From positions 62,001-126,000 of the forward strand of contig JAUCBJ010002937.1 of assembly GCA_032718475.1 (NCBI GenBank): a DNA stretch of 64,000 nt. The letters are read 5' to 3'. This stretch comes from Nemertoderma westbladi (taxonomy: Eukaryota > Animalia > Xenacoelomorpha). Positions within the stretch are counted from its first letter, which is position 1. Every line of letters starts with the position of its first letter. The notes below the pieces were generated by a model. It ran no database searches and was not told where the DNA came from. It was given only the letters and a program-made list of their open reading frames with translations. The translations under genes and the position numbers were made by a program. Shown here in pieces: positions 33,057 through 45,100 of this stretch.

Positions 33057-35963
33057 ATGGATACAAATCATATTAGAATTTCTTCTTATAATTGTAACTC
33101 GATTCGAACTCCGACATCTGTTGCCACTGTACGGAGTTTGTGTGAAAATTCAGACATTGTTGTTTTGCAAGAACATTTGTTAACTAAACAGGACCTGTGG
33201 TTCCTTAACAAATTAGATAGTAGGTTTATTTGCAAAGGTAAATCACCAGTAGACTTAGCGGATGGTATTTTATCAGGGCGACCTCACGGGGGTCTTGCAG
33301 TCATGGTTAGAGAGGAATTATCATCATCTATTGAGTACCTTGATATCGATGATGATAGGATCATTGGATTTTTCATTATTTTATCAGATAAATCGAAAAT
33401 TCTAGTGCTAAACGTATATCTGCCGTATGAGAGTGCCGATAACTACGATTTATTTGTAGATTACTTAGGCCGTGTACAGTCCATAATTGACTCTGCACCA
33501 ACAGCTAGATGCTGTGTGATTGGTGATCTAAACGCTAATCCGGGTAAACATTTTTATAACGAATTGTTGGAGTGGTGTGCCGACAGTAATTTTATTATAA
33601 GTGATGTCAGTCGTCTGCCCTCAAATACTTTCAGTTTTGTTAGTGCAGCATTTGGCACCACGTCGTGGTTAGATCACATTGTTAGTACTAATACATTAGA
33701 CTCATTGATTTACGATCCAAAAGTTAGATATGACTTAGCTACAGTGGACCATATACCACTTTGTTTTTCAATAGCGGCGAGTCCAGATGCCGTTTCGTCT
33801 GGTGATTCCACTGAATTGCCCAGAAATAATAGTAGACTTAATTGTAATGTAAAATGGTCTTCAGCACGGTCAGTACATATAGAAGATTACAGTGTAAAAC
33901 TTGATGGCCTTTTGAGTAACATTGAAATACCTGAAGCACTTAAATGTGCATGTGTTAATTGTAATGATAAAGCCCATATTGATAGCCTCAAGGATTTTTG
34001 GGTGTCTATATCTGATTCTTTAATTGTTTCCGCTAATTGTGCTATACCTGGTAATTCAGCTGAGCCTAAAACTGCGTCCAATTTTAACATCCCAGGATGG
34101 AATGATAACGTGAAAGGTCATTATGAAGCCTCGCGGCTTGCTTTTACACGTTGGAAAGATGCTGGTTGCCCCCGCCAGGGGGACACTTATCAGCAGTATC
34201 TTGCCTCCCGGGCAAATTTCAAAAGAATATTTAGACAATGTAAATCTGAAGAGAACAAAATCCGTGCAGATAACATGGCGAAAGCTGATCTTACTAAGGA
34301 TTTTAATGGTTTTTGGAAATCAGTAAAGCGGGAATGTTGTAGTACGGTGCCACTGCCTCGGGTAGTTAGTGGCTCCATGGGGGAGAAAGACATCTGTGAT
34401 ATGTTCGCAAATGACTTCCCTGAGTTATTTAATTGTAGTAAGGATGATACTAAAGAGTTTCCAGTAAACAATATAGTTGATCAATTATTAACTGATAACT
34501 TATATGGTTCAAATGTATTTGGACATTATTCAAATATTTTTCACTCGGAAGAAAATATGACAATTAGTGCTTCCGAAGTTAGTTGTGCTATCTCAAATTT
34601 GAAAGTCGGGAAATCAGTAGGTTCTGACAATTTGTCAGCTGAACACTTTATAAACAGCAATTGTGAACGACTTAACTTACTCATAGCAGTATTTTTAAGC
34701 TCTGTGCTTAAACACGGTTTTCTACCAAGTGCAATTATCGATAGTATCATAGTACCGATTATTAAAGATAAGAATGGTGATATAAGCGACAAAGCGAACT
34801 ATCGACCAGTTGCCATAGCAACGGCCTTCAGTAAGCTTTTAGAATATATTATTTTATCTCGGATACAAACCCATTTAATATGCAGTGATTATCAGTATGC
34901 TTTCAAACCGAATAGCGGTACAGAATTATGTGTATATACATTAAAAGAAGTAATAGATTATTACCTAGACAACGAGACGCCAGTTTATGTTTGTTTCTTG
35001 GATGCCTCCAAAGCTTTTGATCGAATCGACCACGATAAATTATTCCAGAAATTAATTTCTCGGAACGTTCCCATTTATCTTGTTCGCCTCCTCGCATTTT
35101 GGTACCGCAATCAGACGTTGAAAGTGAGATGGAGTTCCACATACTCCAAATCATTTACAGTGTCCAATGGCGTCAAGCAAGGTGGAGTGTTGTCTGGATA
35201 TTTTTTCAATGTGTACATGGACAACCTATCTTGTAATTTATCTTGTGCTAATGTTGGTTGTATGATTAACGGGCGTAGGATAAACCATTCAATGTACGCA
35301 GACGATATCAGTTTGATATCAAATTCATTGGTAGGTTTGCAGAAACTGATTAACACCTGCGAGGAATATGCTATTTCGCACTCGATTTCTTTCAACTTAA
35401 AGAAAAGTAAAGTTATGATATTTTGCCCGAAATCACGAAAAGTAAGCCAAATGGCGCAGGTTTTTCTTTTTGATCGTGTACTTTCTAGAACGAGCATGTA
35501 TACATACTTAGGCCATGTTATTCATGATACACGAGATGACGATTATGATATTAAGAAATTAACTCGAGGTGTTTACGCTCGCGCTAACATGTTAATTCGT
35601 AAATTTATACGCTGCTCTAATTTAGTGAAAGTGAAACTGTTTCGTGCATTTATAACTCCGCTGTACTGCAATGCTCTCTGGTCACGTAGTAATTACTCAT
35701 CAATTGTTTACAACCGACTTAGAGTAGCGTACAATAACGCAGCACGTAAGCTTTTCTCGATCCCGTTTGGTGCTAGTATGTCGAATTTCTTCGGTTGTAA
35801 TAATTTACCATGTTTCATTCACATTCGATATAAATCAATTTCCAGTTTACATAGTAGAATTTCTATGTCTAATAATGTAATCATCAATTCAATTAGTTGC
35901 TATACATATTTTCATGGTTCACGAATTAATGATATGTGCGATTCAAGAAATTTGGTTTCATAG
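33057..35963 (+). CDS. LINE ORF2: AP endonuclease plus reverse transcriptase (968 aa, intact)
   Basis: SYNCNS, VLQEH, GRPHGGLA, NVYLP, IGDLNA, SWLDH, DHIP (APE); NYRPVA, FLDASKAFD, GVKQGGVLS, MYADD, YTYLGH (RT). Confidence 0.95.
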   Translation: MDTNHIRISSYNCNSIRTPTSVATVRSLCENSDIVVLQEHLLTKQDLWFLNKLDSRFICKGKSPVDLADGILSGRPHGGLAVMVREELSSSIEYLDIDDDRIIGFFIILSDKSKILVLNVYLPYESADNYDLFVDYLGRVQSIIDSAPTARCCVIGDLNANPGKHFYNELLEWCADSNFIISDVSRLPSNTFSFVSAAFGTTSWLDHIVSTNTLDSLIYDPKVRYDLATVDHIPLCFSIAASPDAVSSGDSTELPRNNSRLNCNVKWSSARSVHIEDYSVKLDGLLSNIEIPEALKCACVNCNDKAHIDSLKDFWVSISDSLIVSANCAIPGNSAEPKTASNFNIPGWNDNVKGHYEASRLAFTRWKDAGCPRQGDTYQQYLASRANFKRIFRQCKSEENKIRADNMAKADLTKDFNGFWKSVKRECCSTVPLPRVVSGSMGEKDICDMFANDFPELFNCSKDDTKEFPVNNIVDQLLTDNLYGSNVFGHYSNIFHSEENMTISASEVSCAISNLKVGKSVGSDNLSAEHFINSNCERLNLLIAVFLSSVLKHGFLPSAIIDSIIVPIIKDKNGDISDKANYRPVAIATAFSKLLEYIILSRIQTHLICSDYQYAFKPNSGTELCVYTLKEVIDYYLDNETPVYVCFLDASKAFDRIDHDKLFQKLISRNVPIYLVRLLAFWYRNQTLKVRWSSTYSKSFTVSNGVKQGGVLSGYFFNVYMDNLSCNLSCANVGCMINGRRINHSMYADDISLISNSLVGLQKLINTCEEYAISHSISFNLKKSKVMIFCPKSRKVSQMAQVFLFDRVLSRTSMYTYLGHVIHDTRDDDYDIKKLTRGVYARANMLIRKFIRCSNLVKVKLFRAFITPLYCNALWSRSNYSSIVYNRLRVAYNNAARKLFSIPFGASMSNFFGCNNLPCFIHIRYKSISSLHSRISMSNNVIINSISCYTYFHGSRINDMCDSRNLVS

Positions 35964-36159
35964 TTTATATCCCATTATCCTCCGTTAGTAATTTTCACTT
36001 TATAACTACATATTTATAATTAGTATAAATTATAATATCATATGTGCTGTAGGTAGATAGATCGATGTAGAATAGTTACAAATAGATATGGGCTGATTGT
36101 TGTTTGTAATATAAATATCATGTTGCCTGCTGTAAATAATAAATAAATAAATAAATAAA

Positions 36160-39100
36160 TAAGGTCAGACTCTGTTAGAGCCAGTAAGGTCAACCTCTGT
36201 TAGCGTCAGTAAGGTCAGCCTCTGTTAGAGCCAGTAAGGTCAGCCTCTGTTAGAGCCAGTAACGTCAGCCTCTGTTAGAGCCAGTAAGGTCAACCTCTGT
36301 TAGAGTCAGTATGGTCAGCCTCTGTTAGAGCCAGTAAGGTCAGCCTCTGTTAGAGCCAGTAACGTCAGCCTCTGTTAGAGCCAGTAAGGTCAGCCTCTGT
36401 TAGAGCCAGTAAGGTCAGCCTCTGTTAGAGCCAGTAAGGTCAGCCTCTGTTAGAGCCAATAAGGTAGCCACTGTTAGAGCCAGTAAGGTCAGCCTCTGTT
36501 AGAGCCAGTAAGCTCAACCTCTGTTAGAGCCAGTAAGGTCAGCCTCTGTTAGAGCCAGTAAGGTAGCCACTGTTAGAGCCAGTAAGGTAGCCAATGTTAG
36601 AGCCAGAAAGGTCAGCCTCTGTTAGAGCCAGTAAGGTCAGCCTCTGTTAGAGCCAGTAAGGTAGCCACTGTTAGAGCCAGAAAGGTAGCCACTGTTAGAG
36701 CCAGTAAGGTCAGCCTCTGTTAAAGCCAATAAGGTCAGACTATGTTAGAGCCAGTAAGGTCAGCCTCTGTTAGAGCCAGTAAGGTAGCCAATGTTAGAGC
36801 CAGAAAGGTCAGCCTCTGTTAGAGCCAGTAAGGTCAGCCTCTGTTAGAGCCAGTAAGGTAGCCACTGTTAGAGCCAGAAAGGTAGCCACTGTTAGAGCCA
36901 GTAAGGTCAGCATCTGTTAAAGCCAATAAGGTCAGACTATGTTAGAGCCAGTAAGGTCAACCTCTGTTAGCGTCAGTAAGGTCAGCCTCTGTTAGAGCCA
37001 GTAAGGTCAGCCTCTGTTAGAGCCAGTAACGTCAGCCTCTGTTAGAGCCAGTAAGGTCAACCTCTGTTAGAGTCAGTATGGTCAGCCTCTGTTAGAGCCA
37101 GTAAGGTCAGCCTCTGTTAGAGCCAGTAACGTCAGCCTCTGTTAGAGCCAGTAAGGTCAGCCTCTGTTAGAGCCAGTAAGGTAGCCACTGTTAGAGCCAG
37201 TAAGGTAGCCACTGTTAGAGCCAGAAAGGTAGCCACTGTTAGAGCCAGTAAGGTCAGCCTCTGTTAAAGCCAATAAGGTCAGACTCTGTTAGAGCCAGTA
37301 AGGTCAACCTCTGTTAGAGTCAGTAAGGTCAGGCTCTGTTAGAGCCAGTAAGGTCAGCCTCTGTTAGAGCCAGTAACATCAGCCTCTGTTAGAGCCAGTA
37401 AGGTAGCCACTGTTAGAGCCAGTAAGGTAGCCACTGTTAGAGCCAGTAAGGTCAGCCTCTGTTAGAGTCAGTAAAGTAGCCTCTGTTAGAGCCAGTAAGG
37501 TAGCCCTGTTAGAGCCAGTAAGGTAGCCACTGTTAGAGCCAGTAAGGTCAGCCTCTGTTAGAGCCAGTAACGTCAGCCTCTGTTAGAGCCAATAAGGTCA
37601 GACTCTGTTAGAGCCAGTAAGGTCAGCCTCTGTTAGAGCCAATAAGGTAGCCACTGTTAGAGCCAGTAAGGTCAACCTCTGTTAGAGTCAGTAAGGTCAG
37701 CCTCTGTTAGAGCCAGTAAGGTCAGCCTCTGTTAGAGCCAGTAACGTCAGCCTCTGTTAGAGCCAGTAAGGTGGCCACTGTTAGATTCAGTAAGGTAGCC
37801 ACTGTTAGAGCCAGTAAGGTCAGCCTCTGTTAGAGCCAGTAAGGTCAGCCTCTGTTAGAGTCAGTAAGGTAGCCACTGTTAGAGCCAGTAACGTCAGCCT
37901 CTGTTAAAGCCAATAAGGTCAGACTCTGTTAGAGCCAGTAAGGTCAGCCTCTGTTAGAGCCAGTAAGGTAGCCACTGTTAGAGCCAGTAAGGTAGCCTCT
38001 GTTAGAGCCAGTAACGTCAGCCTCTGTTAAAGCCAATAAGGTCAGACTCTGTTAGAGCCAGTAAGGTCAGCCTCTGTTAGAGCCAGTAAGGTAGCCACTG
38101 TTAGAGCCAGTAAGGTAGCCACTGTTAGAGCCAGTAACGTCAGCCTCTGTTAAAGCCAATAAGGTCAGACTCTGTTAGAGCCAGTAAGGTCAGCCTCTGT
38201 TAGAGCCAGTAAGGTAGCCACTGTTAGAGCCAGTAAGGTAGCCTCTGTTAGAGCCAGTAAGGTCAGCCTCTGTTAGAGCTAATAAGGTCAGACTCTGTTA
38301 GAGCCGGTAAGGTCAACCTCTGTTAGAGCCAGTAAGGTCAGCCTCTGCTAGCGCCAGTAAGGTAGCTACTGTTAGAGCCAGTAAGGTAGCCACTCACGGT
38401 TTGAGCCAGTAAAGTAGCCTCTGTTAGAGCCAGTAAGGTAGCCTCTGTTAGAGCCAGTAAGGTAGCCTCTGTTAGAGCCAGTAAGGTAGCCACTGTTAGA
38501 GCCAGTAAGGTCAACCTCTGTTAGAGTCAGTAAGGTCAGCCTCTGTTAGAGCCAGTAACGTCAGCCTCTGTTAGAGCCAGTAAGGTAGCCTCTGTTAGAG
38601 CCAGTAAGGTAGCCTCTGTTAGAGCCAGTAAGGTAGCCACTGTTAGAGCCACTAAGGTCAGCCTCTGTTAGAACCAGTAAGGTAGCCTCTGTTAGAGCCA
38701 GTAAGGTAGCCACTGATAGAGCCAGTAACGTCAGCCTCTGTTAGAGCCAGTAAGGTCAGCCTCTGTTAGAGCCAGTAAGGTAGCCACTGTTAGAGCCAGT
38801 AATGTCAGCCTCTGTTAGAGCCAGAAACGTCAGCCTCTGTTAAAGCCAATAAGGTCAGACTCTGTTAGAGCCAGTAAGGTAAATCTCTGTTAGAGTCAGT
38901 AAGGTCAGCCTCTGTTAGAGCCAGTAAGGTCAGCCTCTGTTAGAGCCAGTAAGGTAGACACTGTTAGAGCCAGTAAGGTAGCCACTGTTAGAGCCAGTAA
39001 GGTCAGCCTCTGTTAAAGCCAATAAGGTCAGACTCTGTTAGAGCCAGTAAGGTCAGCCTCTGTTAGAGCCAGTAAGGTAGCCACTGTTAGAGCCAGTAAG

Positions 39101-42100
39101 GTAGCCACTGTTAGAGCCAGTAAGGTCAGCCTCTGTTAAAGCCAATAAGGTCAGACTCTGTTAGAGCCAGTAAGGTCAACCTCTGTTAGAGTCAGTAAGG
39201 TCAGCCTCTGTTAGAGCCAGTAAGGTCAGCCTCTGTTAGAGCCAGTAACGTCAGCCTCTGTTAGAGCCAGTAAGGTAGCCACTGTTAGAGCCAGTAAGGT
39301 CAGCCTCTGTTAGAGCCAGTAAGGTCAGACTCTGATAGAGCAAGTAAGGTCAGCCTCTGTTAGAGCCAGTAAGGTCAGCCTCTGTTAAAGCCAATAAGGT
39401 CAGACTCTGTTAGAGCCAGTAAGGTCAACCTCTGTTAGAGTCAGTAAGGTCAGCCTCTGTTAGAGCCAGTAAGGTCAGCCTCTGTTAGAGCCAGTAAGGT
39501 CAGCCTCTGTTAGAGCCAATAAGGTAGCCACTGTTAGAGCCAGTAAGGTCAGCCTCTGTTAGAGCCAGTAAGCTCAACCTCTGTTAGAGCCAGTAATGTA
39601 GCCTCTGTTAGAGCCAGTAAGGTCAGCCTCTGTTAGAGCCAGTAAGGTAGCCACTGTTAGAGCCAGTAAGGTAGCCACTCACTGTTAGAGCCAGTAAGGT
39701 AGCCTCTGTTAGAGCCAGTAAGGTAGCCTCTGTTAGAGCCAGTAAGGTCAGCCTCTGTTAGAGCCAATAAGGTAGCCACTGTTAGAGCCAGTAAGGTCAA
39801 CCTCTGTTTGAGCAAGTAAGGTCAGCCTCTGTTAGAGCCAATAAGGTCAGCCTCTGTTAAAGCCAATAAGGTCAGACTCTGTTAGAACCAGTAAGGTCAG
39901 CCTCTGTTAGAGCCAGTAACGTCAGCCTCTGTTAGAGCCAGTAAGGTCAGCCTCTGTTAGAGCCAGTAAGGTCAGCCTCTGTTAGAGCCAGTAAGGTAGC
40001 CACTGTTAGAGCCAGTAAGGTAGCCACTGTTAGAGCCAGTAAGGTCAGCCTCTGTTAGAGCCAGTAAGGTAGCCACTGTTAGAGCCAGAAAGGTAGCCAC
40101 TGTTAGAGCCAGTAAGGTCAGCCTCTGTTAAAGCCAATAAGGTCAGACTCTGTTAGTGCCAGTAAGGTCAACCTCTGTTAGAGTCAGTAAGGTCAGCCTC
40201 TGTTAGAGCCAGTAAGGTCAGCCTCTGTTAGAGCCAGTAACATCAGCCTCTGTTAGAGCCAGTAAGGTCAACCTCTGTTAGCGTCAGTAAGGTCAGCCTC
40301 TGTTAGAGCCAGTAAGGTCAGCCTCTGTTAGAGCCAGTAACGTCAGCCTCTGTTAGAGCCAGTAAGGTCAACCTCTGTTAGAGTCAGTATGGTCAGCCTC
40401 TGTTAGAGCCAGTAAGGTCAGCCTCTGTTAGAGCCAGTAACGTCCGCCTCTGTTAGAGCCAGTAAGGTCAGCCTCTGTTAGAGCCAGTAAGGTCAGCCTC
40501 TGTTAGAGCCAATAAGGTAGCCACTGTTAGAGCCAGTAAGGTCAGCCTCTGTTAGAGCCAGTAAGCTCAACCTCTGTTAGAGCCAGTAAGGTCAGCCTCT
40601 GTTAGAGCCAGTAAGGTAGCCACTGTTAGAGCCAGTAAGGTAGCCACTGTTAGAGCCAGTAAGGTCAGCCTCTGTTAGAGCCAGTAAGGTAGCCAATGTT
40701 AGAGCCAGAAAGGTAGCCACTGTTAGAGCCAGTAAGGTCAGCCTCTGTTAAAGCCAATAAGGTCAGACTATGTTAGAGCCAGTAAGGTCAACCTCTGTTA
40801 GCGTCAGTAAGGTCAGCCTCTGTTAGAGCCAGTAAGGTCAGCCTCTGTTAGAGCCAGTAACGTCAGCCTCTGTTAGAGCCAGTAAGGTCAACCTCTGTTA
40901 GAGTCAGTATGGTCAGCCTCTGTTAGAGCCAGTAAGGTCAGCCTCTGTTAGAGCCAGTAACGTCAGCCTCTGTTAGAGCCAGTAAGGTCAGCCTCTGTTA
41001 GAGCCAGTAAGGTAGCCACTGTTAGAGCCAGTAAGGTAGCCACTGTTAGAGCCAGAAAGGTAGCCACTGTTAGAGCCAGTAAGGTCAGCCTCTGTTAAAG
41101 CCAATAAGGTCAGACTCTGTTAGAGCCAGTAAGGTCAACCTCTGTTAGAGTCAGTAAGGTCAGCCTCTGTTAGAGCCAGTAAGGTCAGCCTCTGTTAGAG
41201 CCAGTAACATCAGCCTCTGTTAGAGCCAGTAAGGTAGCCACTGTTAGAGCCAGTAAGGTAGCCACTGTTAGAGCCAGTAAGGTCAGCCTCTGTTAGAGTC
41301 AGTAAAGTAGCCTCTGTTAGAGCCAGTAAGGTAGCCCTGTTAGAGCCAGTAAGGTAGCCACTGTTAGAGCCAGTAAGGTCAGCCTCTGTTAGAGCCAGTA
41401 ACGTCAGCCTCTGTTAGAGCCAATAAGGTCAGACTCTGTTAGAGCCAGTAAGGTCAGCCTCTGTTAGAGCCAATAAGGTAGCCACTGTTAGAGCCAGTAA
41501 GGTCAACCTCTGTTAGAGTCAGTAAGGTCAGCCTCTGTTAGAGCCAGTAAGGTCAGCCTCTGTTAGAGCCAGTAACGTCAGCCTCTGTTAGAGCCAGTAA
41601 GGTGGCCACTGTTAGATTCAGTAAGGTAGCCACTGTTAGAGCCAGTAAGGTCAGCCTCTGTTAGAGCCAGTAAGGTAGCCACTGTTAGAGCCAGTAAGGT
41701 AGCCACTGTTAGAGCCAGTAACGTCAGCCTCTGTTAAAGCCAATAAGGTCAGACTCTGTTAGAGCCAGTAAGGTCAGCCTCTGTTAGAGCCAGTAAGGTA
41801 GCCACTGTTAGAGCCAGTAAGGTAGCCTCTGTTAGAGCCAGTAAGGTCAGCCTCTGTTAGAGCTAATAAGGTCAGACTCTGTTAGAGCCGGTAAGGTCAA
41901 CCTCTGTTAGAGCCAGTAAGGTCAGCCTCTGCTAGCGCCAGTAAGGTAGCTACTGTTAGAGCCAGTAAGGTAGCCACTCACGGTTTGAGCCAGTAAAGTA
42001 GCCTCTGTTAGAGCCAGTAAGGTAGCCTCTGTTAGAGCCAGTAAGGTAGCCTCTGTTAGAGCCAGTAAGGTAGCCACTGTTAGAGCCAGTAAGGTCAACC

Positions 42101-45100
42101 TCTGTTAGAGTCAGTAAGGTCAGCCTCTGTTAGAGCCAGTAACGTCAGCCTCTGTTAGAGCCAGTAAGGTAGCCTCTGTTAGAGCCAGTAAGGTAGCCTC
42201 TGTTAGAGCCAGTAAGGTAGCCACTGTTAGAGCCACTAAGGTCAGCCTCTGTTAGAACCAGTAAGGTAGCCTCTGTTAGAGCCAGTAAGGTAGCCACTGA
42301 TAGAGCCAGTAACGTCAGCCTCTGTTAGAGCCAGTAAGGTCAGCCTCTGTTAGAGCCAGTAAGGTAGCCACTGTTAGAGCCAGTAAGGTCAGCCTCTGTT
42401 AGAGCCAGAAACGTCAGCCTCTGTTAAAGCCAATAAGGTCAGACTCTGTTAGAGCCAGTAAGGTAAATCTCTGTTAGAGTCAGTAAGGTCAGCCTCTGTT
42501 AGAGCCAGTAAGGTCAGCCTCTGTTAGAGCCAGTAAGGTAGACACTGTTAGAGCCAGTAAGGTCAGCCTCTGTTAAAGCCAATAAGGTCAGACTCTGTTA
42601 GAGCCAGTAAGGTCAGCCTCTGTTAGAGCCAGTAAGGTGGCCACTGTTAGATTCAGTAAGGTCAGCCTCTGTTAGAGCCAGTAAGGTGGCCACTGTTAGA
42701 TTCAGTAAGGTAGCCACTGTTAGAGCCAATAAGGTAGCCTCTGTTAGAGCCAGTAAGGTAGCCACTGTTAGAGCCAGTAAGTTAGCCACTGTTAGAGCCA
42801 GTAAGGTCAGCCTCTGTTAAAGCCAATAAGGTCAGACTCTGTTAGAGCCAGTAAGGTCAACCTCTGTTAGAGTCAGTAAGGTCAGCCTCTGTTAGAGCCA
42901 GTAAGGTCAGCCTCTGTTAGAGCCAGTAACGTCAGCCTCTGTTAGAGCCAGTAAGGTAGCCACTGTTAGAGCCAGTAAGGTCAGCCTCTGTTAGAGCCAG
43001 TAAGCTCAACCTCTGTTAGAGCCAGTAAGGTCAGCCTCTGTTAGAGCCAGTAAGGTCAGCCTCTGTTAGAGCCAGTAAGGTAGCCACTGTTAGAGCCAGT
43101 AAGGTAGCCACTCACTGTTAGAGCCAGTAAGGTAGCCTCTGTTAGAGCCAGTAAGGTCAACCTCTGTTAGAGCCAGTAAGGTAGCCACTGTTAGAGCCAG
43201 TAAGGTCAACCTCTGTTAGAGCCAGTAAGGTCAGCCTCTGTTAGAGCCAGTAAGGTAGCCACTGTTAGAGCCAGTAAGGTAGCCACTCACTGTTAGAGCC
43301 AGTAAGGTAGCCTCTGTTAGAGCCAGTAAGGTCAACCTCTGTTAGAGCCAGTAAGGTAGCCACTGTTAGAGCCAGTAAGGTAGCCACTCACTGTTAGAGC
43401 CAGTAAGGTAGCCTCTGTTAGAGCCAGTAAGGTAGCCTCTGTTAGAGCCAGTAAGGTCAGCCTCTGTTAGAGCCAATAAGGTAGCCACTGTTAGAGCCAG
43501 TAAGCTCAACCTCTGTTAGAGCCAGTAAGGTCAGACTCTGTTAGAGCCAGTAAGGTCAACCTCTGTTAGAGCCAGTAAGGTCAGCCTCTGTTAGAGCCAG
43601 TAAGGTAGCCACTGTTAGAGCCAGTAAGGTAGCCACTCACTGTTAGAGCCAGTAAGGTAGCCTCTGTTAGAGCCAGTAAGGTAGCCTCTGTTAGAGCCAG
43701 TAAGGTCAGCCTCTGTTAGAGCCAATAAGGTAGCCACTGTTAGAGCCAGTAAGCTCAACCTCTGTTAGAGCCAGTAATGTAGCCACTGTTAGAGCCAGTA
43801 AGGTAGCCACTCACTGTTAGAGCCAGTAAGGTAGCCTCTGTTAGAGCCAGTAAGGTCAACCTCTGTTAGAGCCAGTAAGATAGCCACTGTTAGAGCCAGT
43901 AAGGTCAACCTCTGTTAGAGCCAGTAAGGTCAGCCTCTGTTAGAGCCAGTAAGGTAGCCACTGTTAGAGCCAGTAAGGTAGCCACTCACTGTTAGAGCCA
44001 GTAAGGTAGCCTCTGTTAGAGCCAGTAAGGTAGCCTCTGTTAGAGCCAGTAAGGTCAGCCTCTGTTAGAGCCAATAAGGTAGCCACTGTTAGAGCCAGTA
44101 AGGTCAACCTCTGTTTGAGCAAGTAAGGTCAGCCTCTGTTAGAGCCAATAAGGTCAGCCTCTGTTAAAGCCAATAAGGTCAGACTCTGTTAGAACCAGTA
44201 AGGTCAGCCTCTGTTAGAGCCAGTAACGTCAGCCTCTGTTAGAGCCAGTAAGGTCAGCCTCTGTTAGAGCCAGTAAGGTAGCCACTCACTGTTAGAGCCA
44301 GTAAGGTCAGCCTCTGTTAGAGCCAGTAAGGTAGCCACTGTTAGAGCCAGTAAGGTAGCCTCTGTTAGAGCCAGTAAGGTAGCCACTGTTAGAGCCAGTA
44401 AGGTCAGCCTCTGTTAGAGCCAGTAAGGTAGCCACTGTTAGAGCCAGAAAGGTAGCCACTGTTAGAGCCAGTAAGGTCAGCCTCTGTTAAAGCCAATAAG
44501 GTCAGACTCTGTTAGAGCCAGTAAGGTCAACCTCTGTTAGAGTCAGTAAGGTCAGCCTCTGTTAGAGCCAGTAAGGTCAGCCTCTGTTAGAGCCAGTAAC
44601 ATCAGCCTCTGTTAGAGCCAGTAAGGTCAACCTCTGTTAGAGTCAGTAAGGTCAGCCTCTGTTAGAGCCAGTAACATCAGCCTCTGTTAGATCCAGTAAG
44701 GTCAGCCTCTGTTAGAGCAAGTAAGGTCAGCCTCTGTTAGAGCCAATAAGGTCAGCCTCTGTTAAAGCCAATAAGGTCAGACTCTGTTAGAGACAGTAAG
44801 GTCAGCCTCTGTTAGAGCCAGTAACTTCAGCCTCTGTTAGAGCCAGTAAGGTCAACCTCTGTTAGAGCCAGTAAGGTCAGCCTCTGTTAGAGCCAGTAAG
44901 GTCAGCCTCTGTTAGAGCCAGTAACATCAGCCTCTGTTAGAGCCAGTAAGGTCAGCCTCTGTTAGAGCAAGTAAGGTCAGCCTCTGTTAGAGCCAATAAG
45001 GTCAGCCTCTGTTAAAGCCAATAAGGTCAGACTCTGTTAGAGCCAGTAAGGTCAGCCTCTGTTAGAGCCAGTAACTTCAGCCGCTTTAGAGCCAGTAAGG

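Larger units (their letters stand above)
32642..36159 (+). mobile_element. 5'-truncated two-ORF LINE, RTE group (Proto2/RTEX-like; clade tentative)
   Basis: ORF1 remnant, intact ORF2, short 3' UTR and (TAAA)n tail at about 36133-36159. TAAGGTCA occurs on both sides. Confidence 0.9.
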
